From Hormiphora californensis (Eukaryota > Animalia > Ctenophora): a stretch of 64,000 nt of DNA. A program made the translations under genes and the position numbers. The number at the start of each line of letters is the position of its first letter. Positions within the stretch are counted from its first letter, which is position 1. Under the pieces are notes generated by a model, which saw only the letters and a program-made list of their open reading frames with translations, was not told the DNA's origin and ran no database searches. Shown here piece after piece: positions 24,103-34,523 of this stretch. The stretch covers positions 8,556,001-8,620,000 of the forward strand of contig CM035352.1 in NCBI GenBank assembly GCA_020137815.1, given 5' to 3'.

Positions 24103-25864
24103 CTATTGGTCCTCCCCCTTCTCAAGTTTTGTAAGTCTTTGAAGCTCCCCGGGGGTCTCCCCAAACATTTCTAAGCAGTCCTCAACACAGTTGGGAAGGG
24201 GTTTTCCCAGGGTTTCTGGAATTTTCCGCAAAAGACCCATCGATATCAGAAGACAAACCACGATAAACACGTAGATTATGGAGGGAGATATTTCGTTAAC
24301 CAGGATCACTAACGGAGCAAGGAGAGACCCGATCCGAGCACAAGTAGAGCAGGTCGACATTCCCACCGAACGAACCAGCGTTGGAAGGATCTCAGAAGTG
24401 TAGATATAGATAAGAGCAAAAAGGCCTCCAGAGAAAGCTCGACCGGAAGCAACTAACATGGTTTTCATTGTGAAATTTCCACTGATAGGAATGTAATCAG
24501 TTTGGGGGATCGCAGTTAGGATAAGACAAATTAATGCGAGAGACAAGTAAAGCTGACAAGGATTTTTGTCTGCCTATTTTACCTGCTATCACATAGAGAG
24601 CCATTTTAAAGGGAAAATCAAAACATCCCATCAGCATCATTACCAAATACTCGTTTCCCAAGGTCGACTGCATTGAATTCCAAGCCGTAGTAACAGACAG
24701 AGATTGTAAACCAGCAGAAAGAGAAACAAATCAGGGATCGACGGAAGAATGGTATGCTCCAAAGTATCCCAAAGCTCTGGCCTTGTTTTGAGTCAGTTGA
24801 CTGTCCCGGTTGCACTGACCAACTCAAAGTTATTCAACATTGGATAACCATTGAATCTCGCAATCCTGTTCAAAGCACACACCGCGTCCAGCTCCATCCC
24901 CTTTGAAAAGAGCCAGTGTGGAGTCTCCGTTAAATGGAAATGATACGCGAGGCCTACAAACGCGAAAATAACGGCCGGGGGTATCATTGTCTGCTGCCAA
25001 CAGGGTGAAACCATGGCAACGAAACCGGCTAAGCCTCCTCCCATGGAGAAGGCAGCACTGCTCAACAAGGGTGGCAAATGTGGCAACGGAAGCCGAGGTA
25101 AACTCATAGCCCAGAACAAAGTTGGAGATAGAGGCTCCGCCAAAACAGGCTCCTAGACAAACTCTAAGAAGCAACACTTGCCAAATATTGCTGACCAAAG
25201 TGCTGAGGCAAAGGAATGCAATCAGGAACAAGAAAAAAAGTTCCGTACTAACTTTCCTGCCAAGCCTATCCACGACTGCACTAAGGGGAGAAACGGCGAA
25301 GAAAAATCCGACGAAGTAGAAAGTCGAGCCAAGAGAGATGAGATACTTGTTGTCACAATACAAATCAAACTCTGTGACGTAGTTGCTGCGTTCACTGGAG
25401 AATTCCCAGTCCAATCCTCGTTTCAAAGTGCAAATCATGTCTTCGTCCGCTTCTGATGATGACTTGCATTTTTCAGATAGACAGAAAATCTGAGAGAGTA
25501 ATTAAAGCTTTACTTAACTGGCTATAAGGTGTGTTCCTTCTAATTTCAAAATGCTCGTGAATATGAGGCTATCTTGAGGTTTGTGTACTCACCGATAACT
25601 TTCGTCATTGATACACACAGCTTTTGATGCACATAACATAAGTTATAACCTCAAGATACCAAACTGTTTACATATGGGGGCTTTTACCTCTGGTAGGACT
25701 GAAAGACTCTGCAGTTGGAAAGTTATATACCCTAAACCACCAGTGGCCAGGGTAACGAGAGCAATCACAATCAACTGAAACCTCCCCTTTGGGTTGGTGT
25801 CATTTAGACATTCCTGTATCGTTTTTTCAACCACTTCATCGTTCAAGCTTACCGACTTGAACAT
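24103..25864 (-). pseudogene. SLC22-like copy C (exons 25864-25688, 25489-24103) with several single-base frameshifts; pseudogene or assembly errors
   Basis: Same 177-nt exon 1 and motifs as copy D, but split across several ORFs. Confidence 0.7.
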
Positions 25865-26172
25865 CCAACTATACGCAAGAAATTAGTGATTAGGCCATAA
25901 CACAATAATAAACATGGGACAAAAGATTGAAGAGATTCAAGATAAAAGGCTCAATAAATATACTTCAATGAATGCATGACATGCCAAAATAACTTAATTT
26001 ATATTTTACACTGAACTTACAACAATACAAGAAATAATATTTTATCTGAATAAAACAGTAGTATCACATGACGATTAAAAACTGAAAGACGGCGTGCAAA
26101 TGATGCGTGGAAATAAAAACGCTTCCTATAAATAAGCCCGTTGCTCAAATAAGATTATCCGATGGTTGCCAT

Positions 26173-26388
26173 TATAGGGATCCCTAAAAAAGTTCAGTAT
26201 TTACACAGCGTTTACACCAGTGCACTGTGATTGGCTGAAATTTCTGATGGTGAAAAATTTAAGCCAATCACAGCGTCGGAATCGAAGCGTGGGAAAAATA
26301 TTCTTCCCGCGCTACCGTGGGAAAAATCGTAATGGCTTAACTGGTGTAAACGCTGTGTAAATACTGAACTTTTTTAGGGATCCCTATA
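26173..26388. mobile_element. MITE with ~49-bp perfect TIRs, flanked by TATA
   Basis: TATAGGGATCCCTAAAAAAGTTCAGTATTTACACAGCGTTTACACCAGT and its reverse complement. Confidence 0.85.
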
Positions 26389-26512
26389 GCGACTAATAAT
26401 TGCTCCTTCATAAAATATTCTAAATGACTAACACAATTTTGTGTATATATATGTAACCATCTTGTATTTAAACTAAGTAAGATGAAACAGAAAAAAATGA
26501 TGTGAAAGTGAG

Positions 26513-28423
26513 TTAATCAACCGACTTAGTGAGTGATTCAAGTTCTTCGCGGCTTTCCCCAAACATTTTTAAGCAGTCCTCCGCACAATTGGGAAGGGGT
26601 CGTCCCAAGGTTTCGGGAATGTTCCGCAAAAGGCCCATCGATATCATAAGACAAACCACGATAAACACGTAGATTATGGAGGGAGATATTTCGTTAACCA
26701 GGATCACTAACGGAGCAAGGAGAGACCCGACCCGAGCACAAGTAGAACAGGTCGACATTCCCACTGAACGAACCAGCGTTGGAAGGATCTCAGAAGTGTA
26801 GATGTAGAGGAGAGCAAAAACAGCCCCAGCAAACGCTCTTCCAGAAACAACCAGCATGGTTTTAAGCTGTGAAAGTTACCGCTGACAGAAATATGCTCCG
26901 TTTGAGGGACCGCAGTGAGGACAAGACAAAGTAAACCGAGGGACAAATATAACTGGGATGACTTTTGTCTGCCCATTGAACTCGCCTAAAAAGTAGAGGG
27001 AAATCCTTAACAGGGAAATCTGAGCAGCCCATCAGCATCATAACCAAATACTCATTCCCCAAGGTTCGCCTGCATTGAACTTCCAAGCCGTAAAAGCAGA
27101 TTGACACTGTAAACCAGCAAAAGGAAAAGTAGAGCAGTGATCGACGGAAGAATGGTATGCTCCAAAGAATTCCGAAACTCTGGCCTCGTTTTGAAGTCAG
27201 TTGACTGTCCGGTAGCACTGACCAACTGAACATTTCTCATTATAGGATAACCGTTGAACCTTCGCTAATCCTATTCAAACTAGTGATAGCAGTTTCGTTC
27301 CATTCCCTTGAGAACAAGCCAGTGTGGGGTCTCGGGCATGAGGAAATGAAAGATGACTCCAATAAACGCAAAAACAATGGCTGGAAGCGCCATTGTTTGC
27401 TGCCAACAGGGCGTCACCATGGCAACGAAGACCGGCTACACCACCTCCCATGGAAAAGGCAGCACTGCTCAACATGGCGGCAAAAGTGGCAACGGAAGCA
27501 GAGGTAAACTCGTAAAAGAGTACAAAAGAGGAGATGGAGATACCCCCGTGAAGTGCTCCGAGACACATTCTAACGGCAAGCAACTCTGAAATACTGCTGA
27601 CCAAACTACTCAATCCCAGGAAGATGATGTAAAGTAGGATCCACAGTTCCGTACTAAACTTTCTACCCATCTTATCCACTATTGAGCTTAGAGGAGAAAC
27701 GGCGAAGAAAAATCCGACAAAATACAGGGTCGTGCCCGAGGGAGATGAGATATTTGTTGTCGCAGTACAAATCAAACTCTGTGACGTAGTTACTGCGTTC
27801 ACTGGAGAATTCCCAGTCAAGTCCTCGTTTTCAAAGTGCAAATCATGTCTTCAGGAGGGTCCTGTGCTGACTTGCATTCTTCGGATAGACAGAAAACCTG
27901 AGAGAGAAAAACGAATTTACACTCAAGAGAGGTGATCTCACAGCTGCTTTTTACCGATAGTAGATGTTCGTGAATTGAGGTTGTCTATCTTGAGATAAAT
28001 GTATGTAGATTTGTGCGTCTGTTCTACAATTTGTAGTCTACACTCTACACATCATACCACATACCACACGCACACAATTGTTATGTTATATGTACACTTA
28101 TTGTACAATTGTACACTGCACTAAGCACTTATTGTACTAGATACAAATGTGTACTGAATAAGAAACTAACCTCTGGCAGGACAGAGAGACTCTGAATAAG
28201 AAACTAACCTCTGGCAGGACAGAGAGACTCTGAATAAGAAACTAACCTCTGGCAGGACTGAGAGACTCTGCATATGGAAGGTAACATAGCCACTAGCACC
28301 AGTTGCCAGGATACTTAGAGCAATCACAATCAACTGAAACCGACCCTTTGGGTTAGTATCGTTCAGACATTCCTGTATCGTTTTTTCAACAACGTCATCG
28401 TTCAAACTAACCGACTTGAACAT
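26513..28423 (-). pseudogene. SLC22-like copy B (exons 28423-28247, 27897-26513) with many frameshifts; pseudogene or assembly errors
   Basis: Paralogue of copies C and D, fragmented in the ORF track. Confidence 0.7.
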
Positions 28424-28612
28424 CCGACTGAAATGAAAAAAAAATGAACTAAAATATTAGTAGATCGATGTAAGCATAAGAAGTGAATCATGAAAACGCA
28501 AGGATGATCTGTTAAAAGAATTTAACTTATTAAATTAACATTAGCATAACCGTTTATCAATTTTAAATATATTCATTCAACCCGGAGACAAATCAGAAAC
28601 AATATATAACTT

Positions 28613-30120
28613 TCAATCCTCACTACTGATGCTATCAAGTAGATTTCTCATCTCTGTATCAGTTCTGTTTATCGGCTGCTGTACAATAGCATCCTCTAAC
28701 GTCAAGGGGAGGGGAACATCGAGGGTCTCAGGGGTGTAACTAGCGAGTATGACTGTCAATGTTAGGAGGGCAATGGGTACGATTAAGACTAGGATTGAGT
28801 TGACGTTGTCAAGGAGTAGGATAAATGGGGAGAAGACTGATGTAGCGGCTGAAGCCATGGTACACAGACCAATTCCCCGTGCTCTAAAGTGGGTGGGTAG
28901 GAGCTCAGCAGTATAGATGTAAAGTAGAGGGATCATTGTATCGGATATACTGTCACTAACTACCCCCAGTAACAGGTGCCCCGTGGTCCCTGGTTCGATC
29001 TTGACAACACCGTCCAGCAGTACCGCAACAGCAGTTACCAGTGATACAATCATCAGGGCCTTCTTCCGGCCAGTTACCTGGGCTAGTTTATAGACGAGTA
29101 ACTTCAAGGGGAAGTGCCATCAAGCCTCTATAAATGGGGAGAGAGAAGGCTTCACCTGGTGCACCTGCTGTAGGTAACACTAAGATAACAGGTAGCTGCT
29201 GAGAGCCATGCCACAGCCAGTTTGCAAAGTACAGGGCCCAGTTCTCGAAGTGTTTCGGTGGTCGACTCTGGTTCATTAACTTCTTTCAGCGAAACATTCT
29301 TGAGAAGGGGTCGACGATTTATAGAGGCAACTTCATTGAATGAGACAAGTGTCTGCAGTGTTCTTCCCTGGCTGTAGAACCAATAAGGGGATTCTGGGAT
29401 AGCTAGGTAGATTATAAGGAAGGCAGTTAGAGCAGCACAAATGGGGATATCAAATGTTGTTTGCCACTCGTCTCTATGTAGCCCTAGGTACGACATTAGT
29501 GAGCCTCCCAGGCTAAAACCAATCGAGCCCAGAGTACACAGAAGCCAGCCTGTGGCCTGTGATGTATATTCAAGACACAGTAGAAGACCAGCCAGGGACA
29601 ACCCACCATGCAGGAACCCAAACACAAATCTGAAAAGGAACACCTCCTCGAGGACTGATGAGAATCTCTGGAGGATAAGGGTTAGTAGGAGACCAGCAGA
29701 ATAGTAGACACCAACAGGTCTTCGACCCATCTTATCCACTAAGATCGCTGTCACGTAGACAGTCATAAAGAAACCAACAAAATATGCGGTTATCCCACAT
29801 GATCTCAGGTACTCGGATTCACAGACAAGTCTGTATTCTGTAAGCCAGTTAATTTTCTGTTCATGAAACTTCCATGATTTTTCGTCAAGGCTACAGAGAT
29901 CTGATCCATCTTTGAATGACGGTGAAGTCATTTCCGTGCACTGGGCGCTCATACACTCAATTTCTGGAAACATTGTCAACACTTGAAACTGAAACGTCAC
30001 TAGACCAAGTAAAACGTTGGTAATAAAGTAGAAACTGCCCATGTAAAAGTGGAACCGGCCACATTTTCCAGCCCTTTCAACGGCATCACCAATGGAAATG
30101 TGATCTTTTGAAGCGTTCAT
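28613..30120 (-). CDS. Divergent intronless SLC22-like transporter copy A, with an apparent frameshift near 29150
   Basis: INWLTEYRLVC, DKMGRR and IPESPYW in ORF 29152-30120; YIYTAELLPTHFRARG and PETLDVPLP in ORF 28613-29107. Confidence 0.75.
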
Positions 30121-30703
30121 AAGAGGATCTCAAACCTCTTTCGCCAACGGAGACCTTCTTCATAGGTCTGTAATAATTGAAATGTTTTAGGGATCGAGCT
30201 GGGAAGTGGGAGATAACGGAATGTGGTTACAAATTTGGAAATCGCAAAAAGAAATCACGAACACAAATTCTTAACTTTTTTATTTTATTTTCTGAGCTCA
30301 GAAATCAGCCGCGCAATTACAAACTACGATGCATTTTACGCCGCGCATTATTTAACTGAGCTGAGCTGAGCTTTCTTGATCTTGTTTTGTAAACTTTTTT
30401 TTGCCAGAAAAATTTCCCTTTTTGGTTTTTTTTGAAAAGCGCTGCCTTATCCCGCGGGGGCCAGCAACGTTTGCCAAGGTTTTTTTTGAAAATTCACTAA
30501 CCCCAACACGGATTGGCATCACTTTCCGACAGCCGAAGAGAAGCTGCCGAAGAGAGAAAGGGGGTAACCGTATGAAGAGTTAATTCCCTTTTTGGTGGTT
30601 TTGTGTGGTTCCCGCTATTTTTCTCCCTATTCCGACTTCCCTCTACCCTTTTTAACATGTTCAGGGCTCAAGTTATTTGTTAAAAAGCTTTCTTTTTTAC
30701 AGG

Positions 30704-33700
30704 ATGGAGTTTGTGGGAAGTGTGACTCACCCTACGCTAAGTGCTCAGAAATCTTCGCTGAAAGACGCTCCCTACTTGAGCTCCCTACGAATCCGGAAGC
30801 TCCAAAAGTATCTTAAAGAAAAGAAAATTGATGGATTGTTAGCAGTAAATGGTATAGACAGTCGCTACAGTCCAGATGCCCGTCATTTCATCAACTTTTT
30901 GCTCTTTGGATGCTCCGTGTATCGAAGCGGCAACTATACACGTCAGCAAACTGTGGTGGACATAGATGAGCTAGTGCTGATGGTGCGACAAGAGAAGGTT
31001 CACCTTTACACGAGCAGTGAGACATACGATGCCCTCCTTCCATTCCTCATCAAAATACCGGATCTTGAGATTCACTGTCTGGATCCTTCTCTTTCTGTTG
31101 ATGAGAACGTGGTAGAGGATCATAAAATATACGCCTTTATTTCCATGACGTCAAATGCTCCAAACATTGCCGTCCCCCATAGTGGGAAGAAGTTTGATGC
31201 GATGTCTCTGGAAAAGTGGCCTATTATTCAGGCGTATGCTTTAGAAAACTACGGTTCCAATGGGTTCTTTGGTCTCACTCACAATGTAATTCCTCTAGAC
31301 TTTCAAGATATCTATACGTCATTTGATCTCGGGTCTCTTAATCATCTTCTAACTGAAGTTGCCTCGCTGCTAAGGTACCAGTGGAATTTGTCGATAAGGA
31401 ACGTGGGTATCCAGCTGAAAAATGGGGTCACCGACCTTTCTCCGTCCCTTGATCCCATCAGGAGTTACTTGTCTCACGGTACCGGGGCAGAGAGTGTCCA
31501 ATTTGAGCAACAGAATCATCCGGTAACGGGGGCTCCTCTGTTTCTAACCATGTCCGTCAGCCAACCGGCCATGGTGTGTGGCAGAACGTATTTTGTTCAT
31601 TCCTCCTCCTCATCACCTGACTTGGTTACTCTGTCAATCATCTTTGATTCAATGGTTGCGACAACTCAGCGGTCAATCCAACGATTTGCATCAACTCAGA
31701 ATGCCGGGAAAATCCAGTCCTACTTTTTGAAAAAGTTTGCTGACAAGATCGGCTCAACTAAACACCCCATGCTGAAAACGATCAACCTGAAAACTCTCAA
31801 AATTACCGTTCAAGTGGGTGGATTTAACGTGCGTGGCAAACCAGTCGATCCCTCCAGTAAGAACGCTCTGAAGACTATCTCGGTTTCTATTTCCGGTATT
31901 ACCAGCACGGAGAAGCCAGGAGTAGTGTTGAAGCCTCTGGTACACTGTGAGACATTCATTGACTCTCACCTCCAGGTCGAGAATGGTGATAGCTCCGCTG
32001 ATGATGTCGAGAGTTTGGTGATTACCAATGTCATTCCCACGTATGTTCAATGGAACTCTACTTCTCCGGGGGAATCCGCCTCCTGTTCCATTCTTTCGTC
32101 TGATTTGTATGAAGGAAATGTAGTTGTTAGTGATGGTGAAATGTTTGTCACCTCACCCTTCTCAACTCCTCTCACTATCCCCCTCTCCGCTATAAAGGAA
32201 ATCAGGGTGGCCAAGAATGTAACATCTTCCATCTCCCTGTACATCGAGCACACAGCGGATTGCCTGCCACCCTTCTACAAACGGTTATGTTTGGTATTTT
32301 GGCAACGGGCCAAGGCATTCAAGTATGCCTCCGAGGTGCTCCTTCCCCTCCTCAAGGAAAGTGGTGTCAGCACAAACTCAGATGATCTACCTCCCGATGT
32401 AGAAATCCAGATATCTGCTCTGTCTAGGGAGGAAGCAGTGACACTGGATTGCAGTTATCCTACCCTCTCCAACTTTGCTCCCCACCTCATGCTCAGTTCT
32501 CATGGAAACTTTACCTACAACCAACGAGATATAAACCCATCCATGGTACCAGAAACAACTGACCCCTCTGTTCTGATCACCCTTCTGATCGGAATTCCAG
32601 GGTCGAACCAGGAGAAAATATGTTCCCTGATTACTGAGGAATGTCCGGAACAGCAGTTTATCGTCCTTCGTCAGCCCCTGACCGCCCCGGACCTTTACAG
32701 CACTGAAAACCTCCAAAAGTCCCTCAAGACACTGGCATCGCGGGGTGGTGATCCGCTGCGTGTGATTGTTATTGTCAGTGCTTACGTTTCCCCCGCTGAG
32801 GTCCTTTCCTCAATCATCCAACACCCGGACACCAAGACAAGGAAGGCGTGTCACGTGTCCTGTGTTAACACGTGTGTGGACCTCAGGAACGTGTTCTTGT
32901 GTAACAGGACGGTGTTCCCTAAAGTTCTCGAACAATGCCAGGAGGGATGGTCGAATAATATAATTGTTTCGGGGCAGAGCAAGAAATCAGGGGATGAAAG
33001 GTTGGCGACAATCCGGAAAATTAACTCGGAGTGCCATATTGTTGAGATGATTAGCAATAACTTCATATCGCAAGATGACCTTGAGGAGATTTGTGCACTG
33101 GATGCATTTAGCGAGCCTCCTCTCCCCATTTCCCGGCACCTCTCCTCGCCTGGATGGTATAACAAGGGTTTCAAAGATCGACCTGCCTTCCTAGACATCA
33201 CCCACCTCACGGTCCAGTTTGAAGGTGAGCTTTGCAAAGCACGTTTCATGTCCCACCTCAAGTCACTTCACCAGAAGGAGGGACGGGTGTTTGTAGACAG
33301 ACTGGCTATGAACGGATCCATCTTCTATCTGGGTGGTAGGACCAAGTTTACCGATGACAAATCCATTTACTCGGTAGAGTTCACTCCCCGCAGTGAGGCT
33401 ATCTCTCTGACAACGTTCACTAAACCACTCGCCCCGGGCACACAGAACTGTTTCATGTTCACGGGTCTGGGTCTAACAGAGGCCCAGGTAAAAACCTGGC
33501 TCCAGGGTTGTGTCTCCAGACCTCCGACCAAGAAATCTCCCCTGACCAAGTTCTCCCTGACTAAAGACGAGAAGGAGAGGTTGAAGGATGTGGCGAGCAA
33601 GTCTCCCCTTCCGGAGGGATGGTTTTTCAATGGAACCTACTACGTGTCGATGACATCGGGCAAGAGTACCGAACACCCCGTGTATGGTGAGTTAGTGGAG

Positions 33701-33790
33701 AAGTATGTGGCTGAGAAGAATTGTGAGGTAGAGAGATTTAACAAGCAGGTTGATGATTTTAAAATGTTGTCTCTGTTTGATGGGATTTAG
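30704..33790 (+). CDS. DNAAF9: Dynein axonemal assembly factor 9 (C20orf194/Shulin) homologue, intronless
   Basis: N-terminal DGLLAVNGIDSRY...INFLLFG...EKWPIIQAYALENYGSNGFF and C-terminal LPEGWFFNGTYYV match the recalled C20orf194 sequence; P-loop-like LIGIPGSNQE. Confidence 0.88.
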   Translation: MEFVGSVTHPTLSAQKSSLKDAPYLSSLRIRKLQKYLKEKKIDGLLAVNGIDSRYSPDARHFINFLLFGCSVYRSGNYTRQQTVVDIDELVLMVRQEKVHLYTSSETYDALLPFLIKIPDLEIHCLDPSLSVDENVVEDHKIYAFISMTSNAPNIAVPHSGKKFDAMSLEKWPIIQAYALENYGSNGFFGLTHNVIPLDFQDIYTSFDLGSLNHLLTEVASLLRYQWNLSIRNVGIQLKNGVTDLSPSLDPIRSYLSHGTGAESVQFEQQNHPVTGAPLFLTMSVSQPAMVCGRTYFVHSSSSSPDLVTLSIIFDSMVATTQRSIQRFASTQNAGKIQSYFLKKFADKIGSTKHPMLKTINLKTLKITVQVGGFNVRGKPVDPSSKNALKTISVSISGITSTEKPGVVLKPLVHCETFIDSHLQVENGDSSADDVESLVITNVIPTYVQWNSTSPGESASCSILSSDLYEGNVVVSDGEMFVTSPFSTPLTIPLSAIKEIRVAKNVTSSISLYIEHTADCLPPFYKRLCLVFWQRAKAFKYASEVLLPLLKESGVSTNSDDLPPDVEIQISALSREEAVTLDCSYPTLSNFAPHLMLSSHGNFTYNQRDINPSMVPETTDPSVLITLLIGIPGSNQEKICSLITEECPEQQFIVLRQPLTAPDLYSTENLQKSLKTLASRGGDPLRVIVIVSAYVSPAEVLSSIIQHPDTKTRKACHVSCVNTCVDLRNVFLCNRTVFPKVLEQCQEGWSNNIIVSGQSKKSGDERLATIRKINSECHIVEMISNNFISQDDLEEICALDAFSEPPLPISRHLSSPGWYNKGFKDRPAFLDITHLTVQFEGELCKARFMSHLKSLHQKEGRVFVDRLAMNGSIFYLGGRTKFTDDKSIYSVEFTPRSEAISLTTFTKPLAPGTQNCFMFTGLGLTEAQVKTWLQGCVSRPPTKKSPLTKFSLTKDEKERLKDVASKSPLPEGWFFNGTYYVSMTSGKSTEHPVYGELVEKYVAEKNCEVERFNKQVDDFKMLSLFDGI

Positions 33791-34523
33791 AGAAATCAGG
33801 ACGATAATTGCGGAGATATGAGACGGTTTAAATAGCTTAGATGGAGTGGACCTGCGCAGGTCAAGGGACGGTTTAGATTTCATGACTTAGTAATGTGAAT
33901 AAAGTAACATTTTGCCTTTGGAACAGTTTATTAGAGTTTATTTTTTGCCAGAATTGTGTTGTTTTTTAAAGCGTGTAAAGAGTCACAGAAATGTACATAA
34001 AGTTCACAAATCACCAGATAAATATAACAGGGATCTTTGTTGACCAGAGTTCTCAATACTAGACCGCTATAAATCATATTTTCATACTCACATTTAATTT
34101 ATATTTATACAACTTATAAGTAACACAAGGTATTCAGAATATATGTATCAGTAAGAAATGTATACACTTTTCTATTTGTATAACGATTAACAATCCTGAG
34201 TAATTATTGGTCTACACTCCACTCCCCGTTACCAACAACTTCCTTCCTGATATGAGTTGCCACTCTCCGTCCTCCCATTCTTCTCAGTTCTCCACCACCA
34301 TTTTTAATCCATATATCCCCCAAAACTTTTAGATTGTTTATCGAACAACCATTACATCTCTTTTCCCCTCCTAGCTCAGTAACCTACCACTGTTTATCGA
34401 ACAATAATTATAACTCTCTCCCCCTGGCCCCTCCTAGCTCCCACCATCTAATCCATACATCCTCCCTTCCTTCTCCCCAAAACTTATAATTTATAACCCT
34501 CCCCCTCTCCTATAGCTCCCACC

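Noticed and set aside
24103-27897. Programmed frameshifting in SLC22 copies B and C
   Set aside because: Multiple scattered single-base indels without slippery-site context; assembly error or pseudogenisation is simpler.
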